DNA of 33,442 nucleotides, taken from an uncultured Nitrospinaceae bacterium. GTDB taxonomy: Bacteria; UBA8248. Location of the stretch: contig CAYWAX010000002.1 in assembly GCA_964456425.1 (NCBI GenBank), positions 1-33,442 of the forward strand. Reading direction: 5' to 3'. The notes under the pieces are model-generated. The model was not told the DNA's origin and searched no databases. It saw only the letters and a program-made list of their open reading frames with translations. The first letter of the stretch is position 1; every line of letters starts with the position of its first letter. Of this stretch, positions 17,855-26,811 are shown piece after piece. The translations under genes were made by a program, and so were the position numbers.

Positions 17855-19462
17855 ATGAATAATGCAGATTTAATAGTTAAAACTTTAAAAAGAGCAGGTG
17901 TTAAATACGGTTTCGGGATACCAAGTGGTAATGTTCTTCCTTTGATGGAATCTATGAGAAAGGGGGGAATAGAGTTCATTTTAACAGCTCATGAAGGTTC
18001 GGCAAGTTTTGCTGCCGACGTGATGGGTCGTCTGACTGGAACCCCTGGTTTTTGTATCTCAACTCTCGGTCCTGGAGCAACAAACCTTACTACTGGGATA
18101 GGAAGCGCATTTTTAGATCGATCTCCTGTTATAGGAATTACTTGCAATTTAAAAACTGACCAAATTGGACGTCGAATACAAATGTATATAGATCATCATA
18201 AACTTTTTGAACCTATTACAAAGTCTAGTTTTTCTTTTAGAAAAAACAAAGTCGCAACTACTCTACAAAAAAGTTTGGAAATAGTTAAATCTGAACCTCT
18301 TGGACCCGTACATCTGGATCTTCCAGAAGATATAGCTCTCCTCAAAACAACTGAAAAAATTCCATCAATACCTAAAATGAATTATATAAAAAATCCTTCA
18401 AATAGTTCTATTCAAAAAGCAATCAAGGTACTTACCGATTCACATCAACCAATTGCAATACTCGGTTCTTCAGTTACAAGAATGAAAAATCCTGATCTTA
18501 TTTTAAGATTTTTAGAAAAATTTCAGATACCCTTTGCATCTACAACAATGGCAAAAGGAATAGTTTCGGAAGAACATCCTCTTTCAATAGGTTGTATAGA
18601 GAGGGGGAAAAGACAAATTCAAAGAGAATTTTTAAGTACTTCTGACCTAATTGTTGGATTAGGATATGATGTCATAGAAGTTGAGTATGAGGCATGGATC
18701 AGAGATACCCCTTTGCTCAACATAGATATAGAAAATGCAGATACTGACAACTCCGTTAAAATTGTACATGAACTAGTAGGTGACCTTGATTTTTCAATAC
18801 AGAACCTTTCAAAAGAAATAACAAAAAAGAAATTTTTTCATTGGGATAAAGATATTATCTCTAAACATAAAGTTTATTTCCAAAAAGCTTTAAGACCTAA
18901 GACAAAAGGTTTCGCAGCACATGAAGCAATCGACATTGTTAGACACGTCTTACCAAAAAATGGAATCATTTCTTTTGATGTTGGGGCGCATACCCACCAA
19001 ATTGCAAGTCAATGGACTGCATACGAACCAAAAACTTTTTTGATTACAAATGGATGGTCTTCTATGGGATTTGGATTGCCTGGAGCAATTTCTGCAAAAT
19101 TAGCTTCTCCAGATCGTCCAGTTGTAGCATTGATTGGAGATGGCTGTTTTCAAATGACATGTGGAGAAATTGCTGTAGCTAAAAGATTAAATATTACTCT
19201 TCCTGTAGTTGTATTAGATGATAGTTGGCTTTCTCTAATTCAGGTAAAACAGGATAGAAGATCCTACGAATTATATGGAACGAAACTCAATGAAGTATCT
19301 CCGAAATCTCCACCATCACACTATTTTGGAGTCCCTGCTTTTGGGGCTAATACCCCAGATGTCCTGGAAAAATTATTAAAAAAATCCTTTAAATTGAAAG
19401 GACCTTCAGTAATAGAAGCAAAAGTTAATCCAGAACATTATATGGAAACAGTTTTTGATTAA
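17855..19462 (+). CDS. Thiamine-diphosphate-dependent enzyme (acetolactate synthase large-subunit-like). Substrate unknown.
   Basis: 535 aa. Pyr domain (ADLIVKTLKRAGVKYGFGIPSG...). ThDP motif IGDGCFQMTCGEIAVAKRLNITLPVVVLDD. Second paralog in the window. Confidence 0.85.
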   Translation: MNNADLIVKTLKRAGVKYGFGIPSGNVLPLMESMRKGGIEFILTAHEGSASFAADVMGRLTGTPGFCISTLGPGATNLTTGIGSAFLDRSPVIGITCNLKTDQIGRRIQMYIDHHKLFEPITKSSFSFRKNKVATTLQKSLEIVKSEPLGPVHLDLPEDIALLKTTEKIPSIPKMNYIKNPSNSSIQKAIKVLTDSHQPIAILGSSVTRMKNPDLILRFLEKFQIPFASTTMAKGIVSEEHPLSIGCIERGKRQIQREFLSTSDLIVGLGYDVIEVEYEAWIRDTPLLNIDIENADTDNSVKIVHELVGDLDFSIQNLSKEITKKKFFHWDKDIISKHKVYFQKALRPKTKGFAAHEAIDIVRHVLPKNGIISFDVGAHTHQIASQWTAYEPKTFLITNGWSSMGFGLPGAISAKLASPDRPVVALIGDGCFQMTCGEIAVAKRLNITLPVVVLDDSWLSLIQVKQDRRSYELYGTKLNEVSPKSPPSHYFGVPAFGANTPDVLEKLLKKSFKLKGPSVIEAKVNPEHYMETVFD

Positions 19463-19485
19463 TGCAAAAAAAATGAGGCACTATC

Positions 19486-21258
19486 ATGGAATTTAAAAAA
19501 GTTGGAATAATTGGAGTGGGCACCATGGGCTCTAATATTGCTATTTTATCTGCCAGAGCTGGAATAGAGACTCTTATTGCAGATGAAAATGAGAATAATT
19601 TAAATTATGGTTTTGAAAATATTCAAAAATTTTTGTCGGTGGGAGTATCAAAAGAGAAACTGACTGAAACTCAAAAAAAAACAATTGAACATTCAATTCA
19701 TAAAGTAACATCAATGCAAGCACTAAATGATTGCGATATAATAATTGAAGCAATAGTTGAAGATATAAATGCCAAAAAAAATCTTTTCAAAAAATTAAAC
19801 TCCTATGTTAATGAAGAAGCTATTTTTGCATCAAATACAAGCACTTTATCTATAACTAACCTAGGTTCACATTCTGGTCGTCCAGATAAAATTATAGGCA
19901 CCCATTTTTGTCTTCCTGCTGCCTTAAACAAAACAGTTGAGATTTCATCAGGACTACAAACTAGCGAAGAAACATATGAAAAAACCTTTAAATTTTTGGA
20001 AAAAATAGGACAAATTCCTTCAAAAACAAAAGACACTCCCGGTTTCATTTTAAATTATTTTTTATCTCCTTTTTTAAATGATTGTATACATCTAATCGAA
20101 ACTGGATATACGACTCCTTTTGATCTGGACACAGCAGTTAAACTTGGGCTTGGTTATAAAATTGGTCCCATGGAATTACTCGATATTGAAGGTCTAGATA
20201 TTCATAGAACCGTTTCTCTTTCTCTTTATGAACAACTGAAAGACCCTAGATACATTCCTCCAGATTTAGTTAATAAGATGATTGATTCTGGTTCTCTCGG
20301 AACAAAAACTGGAAAAGGTTTTTATAAGTATAAAAAGCCGGGATTCTACGGGACAGCCGAGAGAGAAGACAAGTCTAAACAAATCAAAGAAACTATAAAT
20401 TTTCCAGAAAACATAAAAAAAATAGGCATTGTAGGATTAGGTACTATGGGAAGTGGAATTGCACAAGTTTGCCTAACCTCCGGTTTTGAAGTTTTTGGAG
20501 TAGAAGGAAATGAAGAAATTTTAAAAAAAGGACTTGGAAAAATAGAGGGAAACCTAGAAGTTGCTGTTCAAAGAGGTAAACTAGAATCCTCTTCAAAATC
20601 TGAGATTTTAACTCGACTACAAGGTTCAACCGAAATAAGTTCTTTAGCTGAATGTGACTTAGTAATTGAAGTAATAATTGAGAATCTCGATGCAAAGATC
20701 AAAATGTTCAAAGAACTAGACAAAGTAGTTAAGAAAGATTCCATCTTAGCAACCAATACTTCCTGTTTATCTGTTTCATCTATTGCTTCTTCGACTAATC
20801 GTTCTGATAAAGTCTTGGGTCTGCATTTCTTTAATCCTCCTTATGCGATGAAACTTGTAGAAGTTATTCAAGCAATTCAAACCTCTGAAGAAACTTTTTC
20901 ATTTGGTAAAGAATTTTGCAAAAAAATAGGAAAAATTCCAATTCCCGTTCAAGATAGACCCGGGTTTTTAGTTAATCGTCTTTTAATTCCATATCTAAAT
21001 CATGCTGCCCAAGCATTCGATGAAAAATTAGCTTCCAGAGAAGATATGGATAGAGTCATCAGTACTGGATTAGGTTATCCAATGGGTCCTCTTACACTTT
21101 TGGATTTAGTGGGTATTGACGTACAGACTTTTGTGGCAGAGGCAATGTTTAAAGAACTCGGAGAATCACGCTTTATGCCTCCACCTATCTTAAGGCGCAT
21201 GACTTCTGCCAGGTGGTTGGGCAGGAAATCAGGTAAAGGTTTCTATGAATACAAATAA
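19486..21258 (+). CDS. Tandem-duplicated 3-hydroxyacyl-CoA dehydrogenase (two complete HADH modules in one chain)
   Basis: 590 aa. Module 1 (aa 1-~285) has GIIGVGTMGSNIA, NTSTLSIT, HFCLP, GFILN, GLGYKIGPMELLD, GKGFYKYK. Module 2 (from ~aa 311, nt ~20416) has GIVGLGTMGSGIA, NTSCLSVS, HFFNP, GFLVNR, GLGYPMGPLTLLD, GKGFYEYK. Confidence 0.88.
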   Translation: MEFKKVGIIGVGTMGSNIAILSARAGIETLIADENENNLNYGFENIQKFLSVGVSKEKLTETQKKTIEHSIHKVTSMQALNDCDIIIEAIVEDINAKKNLFKKLNSYVNEEAIFASNTSTLSITNLGSHSGRPDKIIGTHFCLPAALNKTVEISSGLQTSEETYEKTFKFLEKIGQIPSKTKDTPGFILNYFLSPFLNDCIHLIETGYTTPFDLDTAVKLGLGYKIGPMELLDIEGLDIHRTVSLSLYEQLKDPRYIPPDLVNKMIDSGSLGTKTGKGFYKYKKPGFYGTAEREDKSKQIKETINFPENIKKIGIVGLGTMGSGIAQVCLTSGFEVFGVEGNEEILKKGLGKIEGNLEVAVQRGKLESSSKSEILTRLQGSTEISSLAECDLVIEVIIENLDAKIKMFKELDKVVKKDSILATNTSCLSVSSIASSTNRSDKVLGLHFFNPPYAMKLVEVIQAIQTSEETFSFGKEFCKKIGKIPIPVQDRPGFLVNRLLIPYLNHAAQAFDEKLASREDMDRVISTGLGYPMGPLTLLDLVGIDVQTFVAEAMFKELGESRFMPPPILRRMTSARWLGRKSGKGFYEYK

Positions 21259-21300
21259 AAATAAGATTAAATTTCATTAATTCAAACTATAGAGTAAAAG

Positions 21301-22266
21301 ATGTATCGTAAATTTACTAAACCAACAGTAGTTATAAGTAAATGTTTAGAATTTGAAGCATGTAGATATAACGGTTTGAAAATAAGTTTTGACCCACTTA
21401 CTTTAATGATGCCTCATATTGATTTTGTGCCTATTTGTCCTGAAGTCGAAATAGGTCTTGGTACTCCTAGAGACCCGATAAGAATAGTTCAAAAGAAAAA
21501 TTTAACTTTAATTCAACCTTCTACAAATAAAAAACTTACAAACACTATGAATGAATTTGCTAATTCATTTCTAAATAATCTAAAAACAGTAGACGGATTC
21601 ATTTTAAAGGCAAAATCACCATCTTGCGCAATTAAAGATGCGAAATACTACTTTAAAAAAGACAAAGAACAAAGTGCAGGGAAAGGACCGGGTTTATTTA
21701 CAAAAAAAATTTTAAAATCTCTCCCAGGGCTTGCTATGGAAGATGAGGGAAGACTAAGAAATTTTCATATTAGAGAACATTTTCTTACTAAGCTTTTTGC
21801 CTTATCCTCATTTAGAGACACAAAAAATACAAAAAAAATATCTGCATTAATTAAATTTCATGCGGATAATAAATTTCTAATGATGGCTTATAATGAAAAA
21901 TCTATGAGAAAACTAGGAAAGATTGTTGCTTCATATGACAAGTCAAACCTTACGAAAATTTTCAAATCATATGAAGAAAATCTACAACTAGTATTTGAAA
22001 AACCTTACAAAAGAAAAACTAATGTTAATGTATTGATGCACGCAATGGGATTTTTCTCTAAATTTTTAACTAAGAAAGAAAAAAACTTCATCTTAGACCT
22101 ATTTAAACAATATACAGACAGAAGAATTCCGTTATCTGCTCTTATACAAGTTATCCGTTCTTGGATCACAAGATACCAGAATGTTTATCTTGAAAATCAG
22201 ACCTATTTTGAGCCTTATCCCTTTGAACTCATGGATATTTCAAATTCCGGAAAAGGGAATTTGTAA
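21301..22266 (+). CDS. DUF523 (TudS-like 4Fe-4S desulfidase fold) - DUF1722 (YbgA-like) fusion protein
   Basis: 321 aa. The N-terminal VVISKCLEFEACRYNG...ICPEVEIGLGTPRDP...KSPSCA is the DUF523 Cys pattern. The C-terminal FHIREHFLTKLFA...KFHADNKFLMMAYN resembles DUF1722. Confidence 0.72.
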   Translation: MYRKFTKPTVVISKCLEFEACRYNGLKISFDPLTLMMPHIDFVPICPEVEIGLGTPRDPIRIVQKKNLTLIQPSTNKKLTNTMNEFANSFLNNLKTVDGFILKAKSPSCAIKDAKYYFKKDKEQSAGKGPGLFTKKILKSLPGLAMEDEGRLRNFHIREHFLTKLFALSSFRDTKNTKKISALIKFHADNKFLMMAYNEKSMRKLGKIVASYDKSNLTKIFKSYEENLQLVFEKPYKRKTNVNVLMHAMGFFSKFLTKKEKNFILDLFKQYTDRRIPLSALIQVIRSWITRYQNVYLENQTYFEPYPFELMDISNSGKGNL

Positions 22267-22288
22267 ATTTTTAATACAGGAGAAAAGA

Positions 22289-23320
22289 ATGAAGTGTGTA
22301 CGTTTTCATGAATATGGAGAACCTGATGTTTTAAAAGTAGAAGATATTGAAGACCCTACCCCCAGTCCAGGTAAAGTTTTAATTAAAGTAAAAGCAGTTG
22401 GACTGAATCATTTAGACCTCTGGGTAAGAAAAGGTTTGCCTGGAATAAAATCTGTAATGCCACATATAGGCGGTTCAGATTTCACTGGTGAAATTGTAGC
22501 TTTAGGAGATGGAGTCAATGATCTAGAAATTGGTCAATCGGTAATAGATTTTCCTCTAGAAAGCTATGGAGGCGTCCCTTTTTATCTGTGTGATAACCCT
22601 CCCAAAGGCACATTCGAAATTATTGGAGAACAATCAAATGGTGCCTGTTGTGAGTTCATTAATGTTAATAGACCTAATATATTACCTTTACCTGAAACTC
22701 TTACTTTTGAAGAGGGAGCTGCGATACCTATTGTATTTATAACAGCTTGGAGAATGCTTACTGAAAGAGCTAAACTCGAAATGGGAGAAACTTTACTTGT
22801 TCAGGGCGCTGGAAGCGGTGTAGGTTCAGCTGCAATACAAATTGGAAAGCTTATTGGTGCTAAAGTAATTGCTTGTACAAGTACAGACAAAAAAGCTAAA
22901 CAAGCATTAGATTTGGGTGCAGACGAAATAATCAACTACAAAAACGAATCTATTAGCGAAAGAGTTAAGGAAATCACCAAAAAAAACGGAGTAGATGTAG
23001 TTTTAGAACATGTAGGGGATGCAACTTGGAAAGAAAGTATAAAGAGTGCAGCGTACCACGGTCGAATTGTAACTTGTGGAGCCACTACCGGTTTTAAAGG
23101 AGAAACCAATCTTGCCTTGCTTTTTGCAAAACAACTTTCTGTATTAGGAAGTACTATGGGAACATTACCTTCATTTAAAAGACTCTTATCCTTCTTTGAG
23201 CAAGGAAAATTAAGACCAGTCATAGATCGCATTATGAAACTTGAAGAATGTAAAGAAGCACATGAAATTCTAGAGGAAGGCAAACAATTTGGGAAAATAG
23301 TATTACAAGTTAATAATTAA
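22289..23320 (+). CDS. Medium-chain dehydrogenase/reductase (quinone oxidoreductase / Zn-ADH-like)
   Basis: 343 aa from the ATG at 22289 (AGGAGA SD); the track start at 22181 overlaps the previous gene. MKCVRFHEYGEPDVLKVEDI, GLNHLDLWVRKG, Rossmann motif VQGAGSGVGSAAIQIGKLIGAKVI. Confidence 0.88.
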   Translation: MKCVRFHEYGEPDVLKVEDIEDPTPSPGKVLIKVKAVGLNHLDLWVRKGLPGIKSVMPHIGGSDFTGEIVALGDGVNDLEIGQSVIDFPLESYGGVPFYLCDNPPKGTFEIIGEQSNGACCEFINVNRPNILPLPETLTFEEGAAIPIVFITAWRMLTERAKLEMGETLLVQGAGSGVGSAAIQIGKLIGAKVIACTSTDKKAKQALDLGADEIINYKNESISERVKEITKKNGVDVVLEHVGDATWKESIKSAAYHGRIVTCGATTGFKGETNLALLFAKQLSVLGSTMGTLPSFKRLLSFFEQGKLRPVIDRIMKLEECKEAHEILEEGKQFGKIVLQVNN

Positions 23321-23335
23321 AAATTAAGAGAAAAA

Positions 23336-24487
23336 ATGTTAAATATTCCAGGGACACTCAATAAATTCTTTTACCCCGATATTCCAATTTCAGAATATGA
23401 AAGAAGACATATTTTGATCGAAGAAAGAATGGACTCTGAGGGAGTTGATTGTTTAGTTTTCTTTGGAGGAAGAGATAATTTTTCCCCAAATCCAGAATCT
23501 AGATGGATTACAGGTTTAAATGATCGACATTTTTTTATGATTGTTTTTCTTAGAAAAGGAATTTCTACTATATTTACTAAGTCTCAAAGAGCGTTAGAAA
23601 ATATTAAAAAAAGGACAATATTTAAAGATATAAGACTCACGGAAAATAGTTATGAAAAAACACTTATAGATCATCTTAGAGAAATTAATTTAGAACAAGG
23701 GAAAATAGGTTTTTTAAAGAAACGAAGTGAATTTCAATACCCAAAACTAGATTTCAAAGAAATTGAGACAGGGCTTCCAAAAATAAATATTAAATTAGAC
23801 TTAAATAATTTTTCTGATTTAATGTCTCAAAAAAGTTCTACTGAACTTGTTTTCTACCGTTATGGCGCTAAATGCACCGATATTGCGGCAGAGAATTATA
23901 TACAACAAGTTAAACCCAATATGACAGAAAGTGAACTTTATGGAGAACTATCTAAATCGGGTTATAATTCTGGAGGCATTACAGAATTATGTGCTGTTTC
24001 CATTAATTCGACCTTAGAAGATTATACAGAACCTTTGATCAATCCTTCTTTAAAAAAATTATCTAAGAAAAGTTTTATTTTAAACCAACTGAGTGTGTCT
24101 TACGGAAATTGTCCTGGGTATATCCTTTTTCCATATTTATTAGGTACTACTGATCCTTTTATTAAAGAACTGCTAACTCTTTATACAGATATAAATGCTC
24201 AAATTATCCCTTTAATAAAACCTGGAAGAACTATAAATGATATTTTGAAAGAGGCTAGAAAATTATCTACTTCTAAATTAGAAATCACTGAATTTATTGC
24301 TGAGGGACGAAATCACTTTAATGGCCAAATGGAATTTTCAGGCGAACTTATGGAAAACCAACTTATTATAGTTCAGCCTAGAGGTTCAATAGATACAAAA
24401 GAGATGCCTCCTTTGATTGGATCACTTTATGTAGTTACTGAAGAAGGCGGCAAAAAATTTCAAAAATTAAAACCAACCGTAAAATAA
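23336..24487 (+). CDS. Creatinase/prolidase (M24) fold protein, divergent; metal ligands apparently not conserved
   Basis: 383 aa. The N-terminal ISEYERRHILIEERMDSEGVDCLVFFG is typical of the creatinase/Xaa-Pro N-domain. The C-terminal pita-bread region is recognisable (LIIVQPRG..., LYVVTEEGGKKF) but carries substitutions at expected ligand positions. Confidence 0.55.
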   Translation: MLNIPGTLNKFFYPDIPISEYERRHILIEERMDSEGVDCLVFFGGRDNFSPNPESRWITGLNDRHFFMIVFLRKGISTIFTKSQRALENIKKRTIFKDIRLTENSYEKTLIDHLREINLEQGKIGFLKKRSEFQYPKLDFKEIETGLPKINIKLDLNNFSDLMSQKSSTELVFYRYGAKCTDIAAENYIQQVKPNMTESELYGELSKSGYNSGGITELCAVSINSTLEDYTEPLINPSLKKLSKKSFILNQLSVSYGNCPGYILFPYLLGTTDPFIKELLTLYTDINAQIIPLIKPGRTINDILKEARKLSTSKLEITEFIAEGRNHFNGQMEFSGELMENQLIIVQPRGSIDTKEMPPLIGSLYVVTEEGGKKFQKLKPTVK

Positions 24488-24538
24488 ATTTTAAAATCTG
24501 TCCTTTTCTCTTCATAAAAAGAAGTGTACTTTTGTAGT

Positions 24539-24635
24539 GGGAGCACATCGGTGCTGGTGTGCCGCCTGGACTTCAAATCCAGTGGGCGGATCTAAACAAT
24601 TCGTCGGTGGGTTCGACTCCCACGTGCTTCCGCCA
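24539..24635 (+). tRNA. selC: tRNA-Sec (anticodon UCA)
   Basis: 97 nt. Acceptor stem of 8 bp (GGGAGCAC/GTGCTTCC, one G-U). D stem of 6 bp (CGGTGC/GTGCCG) with 4-nt loop. Anticodon arm CTGGA-CTTCAAA-TCCAG with TCA at 24573-24575. Long variable arm GGCGGAT-CTAAACA-ATTCGTC. T arm of 5 bp, GTGGG-TTCGACT-CCCAC. Discriminator G plus encoded CCA. CTGGACTTCAAATCCAG, GGTTCGACTCC and CTTCCGCCA are identical to the E. coli selC segments as I recall them. Confidence 0.93.
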
Positions 24636-24661
24636 TTATTTTAATGATGAATATTTATTGA

Positions 24662-25654
24662 TTAGCTATCAGATAATTTGGAAAACCAGTCTTCAGTTTC
24701 TTTTTTAATAGTATCAGATGTCCATAGAGGAGCATTTTCCCAATCCTTAAGATTATCTAACATAATTTTCACACCTGAAGAGAATGAAAATTTTGCTTCC
24801 CAACCTAAAATTTCTTTAATCTTAGAAACATCTGCATGCGTACAATCCGGCTCACCAGGTCTCTTAGGAATATATTCAATATCTTCACATTCTAGAAGTT
24901 CAACAAGTCTATTAACACTTTGTGGAGAACCTGATCCAACATTAAAAATCTCTTGTCTAACTGTGGAGTCCGCAGCATTTAAAAATGCATTCACAACATC
25001 AGAAACAAACGTGAAATCACGCAATTGAGTCCCATCTCCAACAACCGTAAGTGGTTTTTTATTAATCTTTTGAGCAAGAAAAACACCAAAAACAGCGCCA
25101 TAAGTTCCAGTAGTTCTAGACCTGGGACCATAAACATTAAATAATCTGAGCGAGATAACTGGCAAATCATAAACTTTTCCCCAATGCAAAACACATTCTT
25201 CTCCTAAATATTTAGTTAAAGCATATGGGTACTCAACTTGAATATCTGAAGATTCTGGAGTTGGATAAAGTTTAGGAATTCCATAGCAGGAAGAAGAAGC
25301 AGCATAAATAAAACGTTTCACTCCATTATTCCTAGAAAGTTCTAAAACATTCATCGTTCCTAATGAATTCACTCGAAAATAATTCTCAGGATTACTGATA
25401 GAAGGTACAATATCTGCTAAACCTGCTAAATGAAAAACCCAATCAATATTAGGAAAGTATTCTGAAATTTTTTCTTTTTCTGTAATACTTTCATCAACAA
25501 TTTGAAGATTTTTATTTGATTTTACCTCAGAAAGATTATCTAACCTTCCAGTAGACAAATCATCTATAACAATAACTTTGTGGTTCTGAAGTAAAAGTGC
25601 ATCTACTAGATGACTACCTATAAAACCAGCACCACCTGTTACCAATGTTTTCAT
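24662..25654 (-). CDS. Extended-SDR NAD-dependent nucleotide-sugar epimerase/dehydratase (UDP-glucuronate decarboxylase / 4,6-dehydratase-like)
   Basis: 330 aa with VTGGAGFIGSHLVDAL, VIVIDDLSTG, catalytic YxxxK (YALTKYLGE). Confidence 0.9.
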   Translation of the reverse strand: MKTLVTGGAGFIGSHLVDALLLQNHKVIVIDDLSTGRLDNLSEVKSNKNLQIVDESITEKEKISEYFPNIDWVFHLAGLADIVPSISNPENYFRVNSLGTMNVLELSRNNGVKRFIYAASSSCYGIPKLYPTPESSDIQVEYPYALTKYLGEECVLHWGKVYDLPVISLRLFNVYGPRSRTTGTYGAVFGVFLAQKINKKPLTVVGDGTQLRDFTFVSDVVNAFLNAADSTVRQEIFNVGSGSPQSVNRLVELLECEDIEYIPKRPGEPDCTHADVSKIKEILGWEAKFSFSSGVKIMLDNLKDWENAPLWTSDTIKKETEDWFSKLSDS

Positions 25655-25682
25655 TTTTTAAACTCATTTAAATTTTATGACT

Positions 25683-26792
25683 CTAATTTTTCTTGCCAAA
25701 AAAAGAAAAAACAGAATCTATTGTATAGTCTAGTTCCTCTTCCGTAAGATGTTGATGAGCAGGAAGAGTAATTATTTCCATGCAGTCTTTTTCTGCAAAA
25801 GGGAAATCGCCTTTTTTATAACCCAGATACTGAGAGGCCTCCTGTAAGTGAACAGGAATCGGATAATGAATTTTAGCTTCAATACCAAGTTCTTGAAGAA
25901 ATCTAAGAAGTTCGTCTCTTCTTTGTGTCCTAACTATATATAAATGAAAGACATGTTTTACGTCTTTCCTTCTTTCCGGTACTTGGATATCTCCGTTCAA
26001 TAAACTAAGAGCTTGATCGTATTTTTCTGCATTTTGTATTCTTTGTTCAGTAATAAACTTAGTTTGTTCTATTAAGCGATTTCCAATAACAGCTTGCAAA
26101 GTATCCATTCTACAATTTACACCAAAAAAACTAATTTCATCCCTATTAATCATTCCATGATTTCTATAAAGTCGGAGCTTTTCGGCTAGTTCATCATTTT
26201 CGGTCAAAATAATTCCAGCATCTCCCCATACATTAAGATTCTTGAGTGGATGAAGGCTAAATGATACTGCATCTCCCCAAGAACCAACCATTTTGTCATT
26301 TATAGAAGCACAAATTGATTGACATGCATCTTCAACAACAAACAAATTATGTTTTTTGGCAATAGAAATTATTTCAGGCATATCTGCCACATTTCCAGTG
26401 TAATGCACAGGTACAATTGCTTTAGTTTTAGGTGTAATAGCTTCTTCGATTTTACTAGGATCTATAACAAATCCGTCTTCACTATCAACAAAAACCGGAG
26501 TAGCTCCCGTCATAACAATCGCACCTACAGTTGCGATAAAAGTCATAGTAGTTGTTATTACCTCATCGCCAGGACCGACACCCAACATTTTGAGAGGAAG
26601 TCCTATTGCATCTGTCCCAGTACCAACGCCTATTCCATGCTTTGCTCCCATAAGTGATGCAAAACTTTTTTCGAATTTTTCCAGAGAGTCCCCAAGTGTG
26701 AAATCTCCGGATTCAACTAGTAATTTTATATCCTTTAAATAGTCGTCTATATCAGAAAATTGTCTATCAAGATAAGAAAATGGGACCTTCAT
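25683..26792 (-). CDS. DegT/DnrJ/EryC1/StrS-family PLP sugar aminotransferase (or dehydratase)
   Basis: 369 aa with [36 protein letters not shown] (PLP lysine), HYPIPVHLQ. Confidence 0.92.
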   Translation of the reverse strand: MKVPFSYLDRQFSDIDDYLKDIKLLVESGDFTLGDSLEKFEKSFASLMGAKHGIGVGTGTDAIGLPLKMLGVGPGDEVITTTMTFIATVGAIVMTGATPVFVDSEDGFVIDPSKIEEAITPKTKAIVPVHYTGNVADMPEIISIAKKHNLFVVEDACQSICASINDKMVGSWGDAVSFSLHPLKNLNVWGDAGIILTENDELAEKLRLYRNHGMINRDEISFFGVNCRMDTLQAVIGNRLIEQTKFITEQRIQNAEKYDQALSLLNGDIQVPERRKDVKHVFHLYIVRTQRRDELLRFLQELGIEAKIHYPIPVHLQEASQYLGYKKGDFPFAEKDCMEIITLPAHQHLTEEELDYTIDSVFSFFGKKN

Positions 26793-26811
26793 TTTGGTAT
26801 TACTCCGCTAA

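Noticed and set aside
22181-22288. Longer N-terminus for the MDR oxidoreductase (track start at 22181)
   Set aside because: It overlaps the 3' end of the DUF523-DUF1722 gene. The extension is hydrophobic and unrelated to the family. The ATG at 22289 has an AGGAGA SD and starts with the canonical MK.v.f...G pattern.
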